Source of the DNA: Octopus sinensis
Lineage: Eukaryota
Reading direction: 5' to 3'
Assembly: GCF_006345805.1 (NCBI RefSeq)
Contig: NC_043009.1
Span: 45,632,001 to 45,696,000, forward strand
DNA length: 64,000 nt
Position numbers and translations under genes: made by a program. The notes under the pieces are model-generated. The model was given only the letters and a program-made list of their open reading frames with translations, was not told the origin of the DNA and ran no database searches. Shown one piece after another: positions 25,237 through 38,124 of this stretch. Within the stretch, counting starts at the first letter, position 1; every line of letters begins with the position of its first letter.

Positions 25237-27204
25237 TTTGAATTCGCCTTAAATGGTCCCTTTACATACTGAATACTTGGTGAAATTGATTAATAATTAA
25301 TTAATTTTACCCTCAATTGTTGAAATTATATATATATTTGGGTGTATGTGTGTGTTTATCTAAACCATTGTGGCTATGTGTTTGGTAGGTAGCATTATCA
25401 CTCTCCGTTAGACTGTATGTTTATATTCCTAACAATATGTATCTCTGGTTTAGATATTGTGCAGATTTTAAAATTAAGTGGTTAATTAAAACTTATGGTG
25501 ATAGCTCTAAAATTACAATTATCATTTAAAAAAATCATCCAATTAAAGTTTCAGATTTTATGAATTCAGAAATTAATAAATGAAAAAATAACAAAACAAA
25601 ACAATAAACAACAATAACAACAGCAGCAAGAGTGTATTGAACTCAATAATTAAAGAATAATACAATAAAAATATAAGTGAAACAGATTCTAAAGGGTGAA
25701 ACATCGGTATCTACGTTGTATTAGAAAATTCCACTAATGTTGGCATTTATCTTTTCTGGTTGTTCCCTAACACAATAACCTCATATCCCCGCTTCTCTTT
25801 ATCATTAAGGAGCAATATCTAGATTTCCTCTTGGTTCTGAAGACTTACGTAATAGTTGTCACCTGAATGGGAAGATTGATTTCCTTCCCGCGCGTCATTG
25901 ATTTATCTCTTTCATTTTCTCTGTATTTTACTCATTCTAGCACTAGAAGCTACTTGCCGCACTACGCTTATCCTTCATGAATGTGGGATTCACCGTGGCA
26001 GACCAGACGCATTCTCATAGAATTGGTGGAAAGAGAATGGGTGTGATTTGCCTTCTAGTCGTCAGATGCTGATTCTAAGTACGGGGTGAACATTTCGGTT
26101 TCCCAGCTGGTAAACGAAATTTTGTGGGTGCAATAATGCCTGGCTTCTTGCATTATTGTTGTACGATCAACTGCTGATCTCCACTCTCTCTAGTCTTCAT
26201 TCTTCTCTTACTGCCATGTGTTCAACACCTGTACTTTCCGATCCGATTCATATGATTTTCGTCAGCACTCAGGAGACACTACAGCTTTGGGATGGCTTTG
26301 CGATTTTCGGAAATATTCATGATCGGCCTTGGATTGTTTTGTTTTTCACTTGGGTTACCGTTGTTGACTATAGGATTACGACCAATATCACTGCAAATGA
26401 CTTTAGCTGTGTGTGAACCATGCATCCAACGACCTCATATATTGTTGCTCAAGAAGTTGGACAAACTTGTCGAACTTCATCTGAGCCTGTCACGCTTTCA
26501 TATAATCTCATGTACCCTTTGTTGAACGATGTAAACAAGATTATTCCTCATATTTTGCCACAGCTTCCTTCAGCTGCTGCTGCACATTTTTTTTTATGGC
26601 GTTGTGTAACTGAAACCGTTGATTCTGCGAGAAGCATGAGTATTTCTCTTTGTCTGTTGCTATTCCTTCTATTAAATCATCAAGGAATGAGTCAGATGTC
26701 CTGAAATTCTGTTCTATATTAATTTTTGTTTCTTTTTCTGAGAAGCGAAACTAAGTTATAAATTACAATTTGACAGGCGACCTTAGTAAAAAGTTTCCTA
26801 CAATTGCTGCAGTCTTTGTTGTCGGTTGGTTTTTATGAGATTTCTCTATGGCCTGTGTAGTGCCGATGTTTTTGTTTGTAGAAGTGTTGCTAATTTTCTT
26901 TTTCTTTTCCTATATTTAATTTGTGAAATTTATGTCCGAGTTTACAAAATTTTCGAAGATCTGTTCAAAATTCTTGCGGTCGTGTTGGCAAGAAAAAAAA
27001 AGAAAGACATATTGTTACACCATGAACCGAATATTTACAAAATATTAAATACAAAACGCATCTAGCTGTAGGCCAAATTTGTTTTTATGGGTAAATGGAA
27101 CAAAAATGTTCACGCCTAATTATCTCGCTTACACCAGAAATGATATTTCTAGCTCGATAATACTAGACACGTCCGCTTCTCTGAAAACAATATAATAATA
27201 ACAA

Positions 27205-27209
27205 AGTTG

Positions 27210-27277
<68 letters not shown>

Positions 27278-27296
27278 GCTACTGCTGCTGCTGCTG

Positions 27297-27327
<31 letters not shown>

Positions 27328-27383
27328 AACCACCACCACCGCCACCAATACTATCATGACTACTACTACTACTACTACTGCTG

Positions 27384-27417
<34 letters not shown>

Positions 27418-27460
27418 CAACAGCAACAACAACAACAATAAGAAGAAGGCGAAGAAGAAG
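27205..27460. repeat. (CTA)/(CTG)/(CAA)/(GAA) compound trinucleotide repeat
   Basis: Direct inspection. Confidence 0.95.
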
Positions 27461-28849
27461 AAAAAGATGAAGAATACTTTGCTTTGCTTGTACCGTTCTC
27501 CTATTTTTTATATTTTAAAAGCTTTTATTGGAAATGTTATATGTTTAGAATGTTGTATGTTTAGACTGTTCGAGAAATATAACTGACAATCTTTTATGTT
27601 GCACTTTCATTATTGTATCACGCGGAGCAAAATTCCCTCTCAAAACAGATTGGTGATATAATCATTTATTGCAAGCCTGTCGCTTCTGGAAATCAAGCCT
27701 ATATCACGTATTCCGATCCATTTCTGACAAAATGTTGTTTCTTGTGAGCCTAGATTGTTTCCAAGACTCTAACATATCATTCTTCGTTTATTATAAAGAT
27801 AGCGGGGAGGAACAACTTTAAGTAAAGTGAAAATATTTACTGTTTTCTTTTCCACGCAGAAATAAGTACATTTTCTAAATTATTTTTGTCATGTTAAAGG
27901 GAGAAATATAAAAAAAAAATATACATTCATTTCATGGCCATTTAAATGTGCTATTAGATTACCAAACGCGCGCACACATACACACAAACAGAGGCACGCA
28001 TACACACGCACTCACGTATTCGTCCATGAGTGTGTGCGCATTGAGATAGCGGTCGGTTCTGCGTAATTGTTTTTCAGTATTATTATTTTTTTCCTTTCAT
28101 ATGCCAAAAACGATTTGGAAAATGTACTTTCGTTCTCCGCGGCAAAAGAAAATATTGATATTTCCAATTCCCAAACATACATACATTTAAATGAATGTAT
28201 ATGTGCAGGCATACATATTACTTGCCTACGCACATATATAACTATGTATGTATGTATGTATGTATGTATCTATCTATCTATCTATCTATCTATCTACCTA
28301 TCTATATATCTACATATAGTCACCGCAATAGTTGTGTGCTTAAAATGTGTGCTTCGTGATCATGTGGTTTCGAATTCAGTGACCCTCCGCGGAAAGTAGC
28401 TTCTTCTATATCCCCAGACGACCGTACACTGTGAGTAAGTTTGGAAACTGTGGAAGACTCACGTGTGTATAAAGTATATATATATATATATGATGGATTC
28501 TCTTGTCATGAACAAAAAATGAGGATTTAATAAAATAAAGCGTTAATCCTGTACTATAGACACGAATGTGTACCTTGAGGCCTGCTGGTGTGTTGTAAAC
28601 CTTTTGGCAAATGGCATAAGTTGAGGACTCAGTTTGCTTGAAAGCTTTTGGACCAATTGTGTTTTCTTGAATAGAGAGCAAGGCCTGCTTCGTGCCATAA
28701 ATCCACAATGAAGATGAAGGTTTCCATCTAGAGGAGCATCGTTTTTCCAGCTGCCTTCATATTTGCACGATGTTGGTCTCGATGTTGGAGTCGACTTTGC
28801 TCAAGTTTTTGAACTGGCGTCCTGCGTTCTAATGCTTTTTTTATAGATA

Positions 28850-28885
<36 letters not shown>

Positions 28886-28896
28886 ATGAAATAGAA

Positions 28897-29719
28897 AGAT
28901 TCAATTGAGAATCTAATAACTTATTTATATTATAATATGACATAATATACTATCAGTATAATATAAGATAACATTTAAAGTCATTAAAGAAACCAAAAGT
29001 GCCAACAATTGGTTTCGACTTATATACATTATTTGATTATAAACAATTCATATCGATTTATATAAATCTCTTCAGAGCTTTGGATTTAAAGACAGACGAA
29101 ATTCCGTGTGAAAGGACATCAGGATTGTAAAAAAGTAATTCAAATGCTTATCTCTATGAGCGTGAGCGTTAACTTTTCAACTACTTAACAATTACAACTA
29201 AAAAAAAAAAATGAAAAGAACAATAAAATTATAATGGACAAAAGAATTAAGTAAATAGGATCTACAACTATCGAAAGATATTTCTATATATCTAAAATAA
29301 TATTAATCCAATTTCGTTTTCGTCGAAGACAATCTATGGCTATTATAATAACATACAACAGTAATATATAGGTATATAAATTAAGTATCAGGGTCTTACT
29401 TAATCTAGGGACTGTAATAAAATGTGTAAATAAATATAAATGATAATATAATATTATACTATATATGGTAATATATAACAATTCATCTCTTTTATTTAAA
29501 ATTATCGATATAAAAAAAATGTTTGAAGTAACTAACGAAAAAGAAAATATTATATAAATGGGTACGAAATGTTTATAAATCAAATAATATATATAAGTTG
29601 AAACAAATAGTTGGCTCTTTTGGTTTTTTTTATGTTTTTTTCGGTTATATTGTATTATATTCATAATATATTATGTAATATCATAATATAAATAAATTAC
29701 TGGGTTATCAATTGAATCT
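28897..29719. repeat. Diverged ~180-bp inverted repeat (28897-29075 / 29541-29719)
   Basis: Shared blocks TATAATCAAATAAT.TATATAAGT.GAAAC.AAT.GTTGGC.CTTTTGG and TATATTATGT.ATA..ATAATATAAATAA.TTA...TCAATTGAATCT. Confidence 0.8.
28993..29083 (-). ncRNA. Type I hammerhead ribozyme motif with long stem II, GUU triplet
   Basis: Minus strand reads CCAAAGCU-CUGAAGA-GAUUUAUAUA...UAUAUAAGUC-GAAA-CCAAUUG-UU-GGCACUUUUGG. Stem II is 10 bp; stem I is 3 bp + bulge + 5 bp. Confidence 0.7.
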
Positions 29720-29844
29720 GGCTACCTAATTTCTTTGCAATTGGCATTATACTCCTATGTATGTGGTATTCAACTGAAGTACCAATGAACTGGATGTCTT
29801 GTACCCCCCATTTGAAGGAATTCCTTTCCTTAGTTTGTTACTTC

Positions 29845-29919
<75 letters not shown>

Positions 29920-30454
29920 ATATACGCTCATAGCTGTGTGTATGTGTATGTGTATGCGTGCGTGTGTTTGTATTTGTCACCACATCAAAGTTCCACATAC
30001 ATGATAATCTACATACTTAAGATCTACATACATGTCAGCTTCGTAAGTAATCACTCATTGATTGGTTCAAAACAGAATTCAGACCCCCTCTCAACACACT
30101 TTCTCCTTTTCTATATTTACCAATCACATTTTAAACATGCATGAAACTCTTCAACCTCACAGACGTTACGCCAGATTTCTTGCTACAAGTTTCTGCCTCT
30201 TCACTAACACTTGTCCTCTCAGCTCAGTCTAGTTTCGGCTCTTTTCTGTCGGCTGTCTTTAGTTTTCTTCTCTTTAATAATTTAAACAACTATTATAAAA
30301 CGTCCTCTTCATTGGTAAACAAATACTTGTGTCAAAACCATTCATAACATCTAAGACATAGATATAAACAAGTTATATATCATGTCTTTTACATTTTCTC
30401 TCACTGTGTTTATACATATAAATATAAATATATATATATATAATATATATATAT

Positions 30455-30507
<53 letters not shown>

Positions 30508-30863
30508 CTGTGTGTGTGTGTGTCTGCGTGTGTGTGTGTATGAGAGGTTTTGATATCCAGAAGATTCCAAATGGCAGGTAAGACTATAAGTTCTACAGAA
30601 GAATCGTAGTTAGACTCCAGGTTTGATGATAGTAAGAGTGAGGAGACTAATGCTGTCGAGGAGTGAGGAGTCCCACAAACAACACATTATATATATATAT
30701 ATATATATATACTCAGTAAAAACAACTAAGATTCAAGGGAGTTCCAATGAATTCACATGAATGCGGTACTTAACTTAGATGCACCAGAAATCTATATAGT
30801 ATTAACCATAAAATAATGTGGGGTGATTATAAACAAGAAAAAAGCAACAAGAATGGATTAGTT

Positions 30864-30955
30864 GTTCAGTACAATTGTTTCATACGAAGAACAGCTTTAT
30901 TAAAAGCTGAAAATATTGCAGCAAATACAAATGTCCCGTATTCAACAGCCAAAAC
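30864..30955 (-). ncRNA. Hammerhead-like motif with A6U core change (CUGUUGA), GUA triplet
   Basis: Minus strand reads GUUUUGG-CUGUUGA-AUACG GGACA...UGUUC UU CGUAU-GAAA-CAAUUG-UA-CUGAAC. Stem II carries an internal hairpin CAGCUUU/AAAGCUG. Confidence 0.6.
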
Positions 30956-31260
30956 ACATATGAGTTTTCCAAACATCCTAGGGGGTGAGGCTACACTCAT
31001 GAAGTATCGAAGAGAGTTCTATAAAAAGCAAAGTTAGATTGGAAGCAGACTTCAAAAGTTATCTAATGATGCACAGTTTTATAAAAGGTTTATATATATA
31101 TATATATATGTATGTATATATATATACACAATACTCATAGTGATATTCACTTAAAATTATTACGATCTAACAAGGTGCATCATTTTAAATACCTACTGCA
31201 TCTTAATTGCATAGACACTCACTCACACACACACACACACACCACACACACACACCACAC

Positions 31261-31299
<39 letters not shown>

Positions 31300-31607
31300 C
31301 TTATTGTTAAGCATATACTTATGTACATGTTGTGTGGACGAAGAAGTAAGCTTCTCCCTCTATAACTGGACGTCTGGGTGACGTGATGTACATGGTAAAA
31401 GGACCAAAATATGAATACAGAAGGCATTTAAACCAATAAAAAAAGAGAGATACCAAAACCCAAGAGAGGCTGGCCCAATAGGTATATATAAAGGGAGAAG
31501 TCTCCTTCATCGTCTGGGGGCGTCCACACATGTATGTGTGTATGTGTCTCTCTAATACATTCATTCATACATACATGCATGCATACATACATACGTACAT
31601 ACATACA

Positions 31608-31638
<31 letters not shown>

Positions 31639-32526
31639 GCACGTACGTACGTATGTATGCATGTATGCATGTATGTATAAATGTATGGGGAGTCTCAGTT
31701 TAGGCTACATGAATAAATTCTTGTAATATGCATGTACATATGTAGGTATACATGTATGTATGCATGTACGCATGTATATATGCATACTTGTATGTATGCA
31801 TGGGAGCATGATGGTATGTATCTAGATATGTAAGAATGCATGTATGCAAGCATATATGGGCATAGTTCTGTGTATATACATATATATATATATGTATGTG
31901 CATGCATATTCGATTGGAAGATATAAACACACATTTACTCCCCCCACTCTCTCTCTCTCTTTTCTATACTTTCTCCCTCTCCGTCCTAATCTCACAATAA
32001 TGGACATCCGTGCACGCACATACAGAAACGCGCGCGCAATTATGAGTTTACTAACGTATGTGAGTGAAATATTCCTACTATACGACAAAACAGGAATGTC
32101 ATTAATTCCGAACTGCTATTTAAGAAGACTACATTGAAATCTGTTGCAGAGTCTATATACATGATATCGCAGTGCGTGGCACGTGCAATTAGAGGTAATT
32201 GAACCTAATTTTATGCAATATCATAACAGTTATTTTTTTGTAAATCACTGAAATTAAATTCACACGCCAACGCGATAATGTCCATCATATGAAGAACAAA
32301 ATAAACGAGTTTCAATAATGAGTAAGCAATAACCAGGAATAAATAAGTGCCAAGAATAAATAACAGTGAAAAGATAGCAGGAAGACGGGCGGGGGGGATG
32401 GTGAAAATTAGTGCCGTAGGATTTATCACACCATCGACAATGACAAGTAGTTAGCATTATTATCCAAATATATAATGCTTAATAATGGGTTTGGCTTTAT
32501 ACGTACATGCATACACACACACACGC

Positions 32527-32557
<31 letters not shown>

Positions 32558-32597
32558 CATTCATATATGTATATATATATACATTATAACATTATAT

Positions 32598-32664
<67 letters not shown>

Positions 32665-32772
32665 GGTGGCCCTTAACAATAGGTAATTTTCCAAAAGTTT
32701 AAATTTAACCGTAATCTTGTTACAATCAACAAAAAAAAGGTGGTGTGTAAAATTTCTGCTCAGTCGGACACA

Positions 32773-32820
<48 letters not shown>

Positions 32821-32884
32821 ACACACACATACACACACACACACACACACCACACACACACTCACACACACACACACACACACA

Positions 32885-33062
32885 CACAGAGAAACGGTCT
32901 GTTTTCAGTTTCCGTCTACCAAATGCACCCACAAGGCTTTGGTCAGCTCAAGGCCATAGTTGCAGATACCTGCCCAAGGTGCCACCTCTAGTGGGACTCA
33001 ACACGGAACCAGCATGTGCTTGGGAAGCAGATTTCTTACCACACGGTCACGTCTGCGCCCAT
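32885..33062 (-). mobile_element. SINE family B, 5' half
   Basis: TTTCAGTTTCCGTCTACCAAAT..CACAAGGCTTTGG...GCCCAAGGTGCCAC...CTTACCACAC. Confidence 0.8.
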
Positions 33063-33957
33063 GTTGTTGACGTCGTAATAGACTAGTTCGAAGGAACATG
33101 AAATATTCCTTTTATAACGGTTTAACTACAATCAGATAAAGCTATAAACAATAGCTAACAAGGTAATTGAACCCATGACACCAACAACATTTTTCCTGGT
33201 AAGAATAAATTTCCGAACTGGATAAAGAAATTCGATGGATTGCTTTAATCCAGTGGTAGACGCCGTTCACTCTTAAAGATGTGGGTTCGCGTCTCACAGG
33301 CACCCATCGATTATTTTTGCTCAAAGGCTTTTTAAAGACCAATATTTATACACTATTCTTCATAAATTTATCTGTTTCGACTTAAACCGTTCCAAAAGAG
33401 ATTTATATATATTTAAATATGTTAAGCATCGTTGCATGATTGAAGAGTTCATTACTCAAAGCTTTGGCCGTTTGTCTCCTAAAATAGACTTAGATCGCCG
33501 AACATCTTGCATAGAAATCCCAAAATAAAATATGTGTTCGTAGGTCGTGTGACATTTAATCTGTTGCATCACTTTTACCATAGCACTTGGTCCTTTGAAG
33601 AACTTTAGTAAAGTCAACAATTACAAAACCCCGTACCATATCAGTGAGTATCATTTTTCCTTCATCTGATCATTCTCAGAAGATCAAGAATGCTTTATGA
33701 ATGTCTTTTTTCTTTGTACTATGCAAAAAATGTTATTAATCGCATTTCAACTTACTTGTTGAGGGCAGAGAAGTACACGACGTTGTTATTATTTAACAAA
33801 GAGATTTATAGTAACTGTAAATTTACATACATGCATACATGCATACAGACATATATACATACATGTGTGTGTATGTGTCTTCCTTTCTCTTTCATTAAAT
33901 CTCCCTCCGTCTGTCTCTTTGTCTTCTATATATAAGCGTGTGCGCATGTCTATATAC

Positions 33958-34019
<62 letters not shown>

Positions 34020-34479
34020 GACAATCTATTTCTCGTTTTGTTTCTGCAGATCAATTGTTGTTACAATATCGTGATAGTTAAAGAAATAAAATCAAGTGAC
34101 ATCTGTCGCAGAGGCTTTTGATATCACATTCTGATAATAATAATAAAAGAAATATGTTTTTCCTTTACAACATTTAATTAGACTTCAACAAAGACCTGCC
34201 GTTGGGTAAATGCTGAGCAATTATAGAAAGAAATGCATCAAAACGTAATCCAATGCTGCAGACTTTGTTGATGCCATATTCCTATTAATAGAGTTTTTCA
34301 TAAGTCAAGACTGCAGGTTAAATAACCTCTCATATAAGTTTAATATTAAGTATTCTGTTATTCCCTGAATGATAGAATACTTCATTAAAATTGGAACGTA
34401 GAAGAATAAGGGCTCTAACAAAATACTAATAATCGTTTAACCACGCTCTATAAAGTCTTCATTATTATTATTGTTGCCA

Positions 34480-34735
34480 GTTAAGGTGACGAGCAGGCAG
34501 ACCCGCTAGCACGCCAGGAATAATACTTAGCAGGGCTTCAACCGTCTTTCGTGTTCTGAGTTCAATACCCTTTTGGTGTCGATGAAATAAGTACCTGTTT
34601 AGCAATTTCGATGGGGATGTAAGTCAATTATATCGATTCTAGTGTTCAATTGGTACTTATTTTATGGACCCCGAAATAATGAAAGTCAAGGTCGAGCTCG
34701 ACGGAATTTGAATTCAGAACGTAAAGATGGCATGC
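34480..34735. mobile_element. Convergent partial SINE family A copies
   Basis: Plus-strand head and core at 34480-34605; minus-strand core at 34620-34735. Confidence 0.7.
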
Positions 34736-34908
34736 AACTTAAAGTTTATCAGGCTTATAGAAACCTAGCTCGTGTAGCTGAGGTAGCTGCCTGGGCCGGA
34801 ATCAAACTGTTTTAAATAATAATAACACATACATATATACATACATATATACATATATACATACATACACACATACACACATACACACATACATATATAC
34901 ATATATAC

Positions 34909-34953
<45 letters not shown>

Positions 34954-35988
34954 AAGGAAGAAAGAAAGTAAGAAAGAAAGAGGAAGAGAGAGAGGGAAAG
35001 AGAGAGATAGAGAGTGATAGATAGTATTACATTTGTATTTGTATATGTCTACTTCTACAATGCTGAGATCACAATATTTACTCAAAACTGATAGTGCGTG
35101 AAGTTTGCGTCAGCAGAGGTTTAATCACAATCTATTGAGGAGGGCAAACAATTAAATTGTTCATTAGTTAATTAATCTAAAATCAACAGTCCGTTCAGAT
35201 TCATAAAATATATATACACCAAGTTCAAAACTTTTAACTGAATACGAAATAATATGCCAACAAGGCTTTATACTTTGTTCCTGTATTCGGTTGAAAAATA
35301 ATCCATTTAGGCGAGTATATAACGAAAAGCATTTTATTAAAACTAGGCATTTGGGAGGATGTATCTCGTGATTATATTGAAAATACAATGTCCATTCAGT
35401 TTAATGTTTAATCTAATCCGCTGATATTTCACAGTGTTAAATTGACGACTTAACATGACGAATATCTCTTTGCGAGAATTCTAACAGAATATTGACACGG
35501 TGAAATTGAATTCTTATTTGAAGAAGAACTGAATTCAGCATTTATTCTCGGAAGTTCTCGAGAAATCGAGTTCTTCAAGAAATTAAATTCTAAAGAACTC
35601 GATCTCTGATTCTGAAAATAAAATTATTCTTCCTTTCTTTTGGCATGAACGAGTGATGTGATATATATTAATTCAATATATCTTGATATCAACGTTTTAC
35701 TTAGCAGTACATTTTCGGTGGAAATCTTATCAGGATTACTATGGCAACTTTTATTTTAAGATCTTATACATGTTCGCTGATGTCGTGAAGAATCATATTA
35801 CTTCATAAATATATCAGGGTTAGATTTAGACGGAGAAAACGAACTCAGTAGTCGGTGAAAAAAAAAAGCATAAAGGATAAAAGATGTGGAAGAAATCAAG
35901 GCGAATACGAATATTAAGTAGGCGAGGAAAAAAATAATGCTGAAGAAGAAGATTGATGATGACGACAATAACAACAGCAACAACAACG

Positions 35989-36020
<32 letters not shown>

Positions 36021-38037
36021 AATAACGAGAAGAAGAAGATATTCGAAATACTGATGCTTATGAGAATTGTGACTATGATAATAAAAGCTGCTGGAAATAT
36101 AAGATTGACAACATATTTTAATCTGGTTAGGATTGAAAGTGATATAGTTCCTCTGAATATATTTACTTTCATAGGATTATACACATGTGTATGTATGCGT
36201 GTGTGTGTATGTGTGTGTGTGTGTGTGTGAGTGTGAGATAGAGAGAGAGTAAGAGAGAGTGTGTGCGTATAGCTTATAGAAGTCTAAAATGCGCGTACAA
36301 ATAATATTATCAAAGGCAATAATACTTTAAAAAAAAGAAAACAAATCTCCGAGCATATCAGAAACAGGCACTTAAGTTGAAATCAAAAGTGTGATATCAT
36401 GCTTTGATTTGATCCAAGTGTGTTAATTTCGTTTATACTAGGAGCTAAGAATGTGAATACGGTAGAAATGAAATAAAAAAACAGGAAAAACAAGACAAAA
36501 CTAAAAAACCATGTATCATGTGTTCCTGCACTAGAATGTCGCGATCGTACACACACACACACACATACACAGATAATATATTTACACATGCATACATACA
36601 TACATACATACATACATACATACATACATACATACATACATACATACCTACCGCAATGCGAAGCGACAAGTCGCGTGTTTGCCGTGGGAGATTATTAATT
36701 GAAAATACGATGAATACTATCTCCAGCTTTAAAGCCACAACTGTCAGCCTTGTTAAATAACTGGTTAATCATTAGATGAATTAACTGAAGGATCCTTTTA
36801 TACAAGATCGTAGTGATTTTCAACTGAAACTTGAATTTACCATGCAGAGAGTTACCAGAAACAACGTGGCTGGATACTACATCAGCAACACAATCGCAGA
36901 ACAGAATGAAAACAACAGCTCAACAGTTAAACAGATTATTTCTAGCTGAAGAAATGCGATAGAATAAATTACTCTAAAGACACTCAAGGGCGATGGATTA
37001 TGTATATCATCCAAGACTTGTTATACCATTCCGCTTAACAAATTTCACTGATTCCTGAATTTGACCTTGCCTTTGGTTAAAATACCCGAATTATCACACT
37101 TTAGGAGTGAATACATAACCATATGAATGATTTGGCCATGCTGCCCTATTGACCACAATGAACTAACAGGGGCATTTAAATATGAGAATACGACACATAC
37201 CCTCGTTAAAATAACTTTAATTTCCTCATTAAAATTATTCTATAAAGGAATGATATATTTCAGGTAGATGCATAATTATTCAGCAAAAGAAATAACAAGT
37301 ATACCGGAAATATAGGTCAGATGTATATAAAATCTTCCCCGAGGGGAATTTAACACGTTTTTGACTCCTCCACTAACTCATCTATGGTGTGATCTGAATT
37401 CAGAGCGTAATATAAGCAAATGTGAATACCGGAAGTTAATAATTATGACACAATATTTCGGCCGGCGTGCTAGCGTTTTTGCCAGTTCATCGCTTTATCA
37501 TATGCTTCTTATTGGTTCTAAGAGATATTGGAAATATGTATTTAAAATGAGAAATTCTAATATGTGTTCATCGTTAAGATCTATTTCTGTTTTACATCTC
37601 AGCTCTAAGAAATATAAATACATAATTATGCTTCGTGCACTAAATTATTTTCATGTTTACTTATAAGATTTCATTTTGGTAAATACACGGAATCAATGAA
37701 TTGAATGATTTACTGATTCCGTGTGGAATATAGCAATGACAGTAGATCAGATAATTGTAATTTATATGCAAATGCAGGCACTTTAGTTCAAATATATTAG
37801 CTCACCAAATGAAATATTACTAATCATCAATGCTAATTACTAATTTATGCAAATATGACCATTAATGTGTGGATATATCCCTACATATATGTGAATATAT
37901 ATAAGCATCTGTATAATATGTATATTTTGTGTGTATCTCTCTCTCTCTCTCTTTCTATATATCTATATATACACACACACACACATATATATATGTGTGT
38001 GTATATACATACATACATACATACATGCATGCATACA

Positions 38038-38124
<87 letters not shown>

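Noticed and set aside
25960-26700. Purine-rich minus-strand block faintly like an RTE C-terminus
   Set aside because: The resemblance is too weak across many stops to call without a profile search.
31320-31540. Imperfect inverted duplication with a CGATGAAGGAGACTTCTCC hammerhead-like remnant
   Set aside because: Lacks GAAA and stem III, so it cannot be called a ribozyme.
35410-35605. Several short inverted repeats (e.g. ATCGAGTTCTT/AAGAACTCGAT)
   Set aside because: Arms are only 11-15 bp in AT-rich DNA and could be chance.
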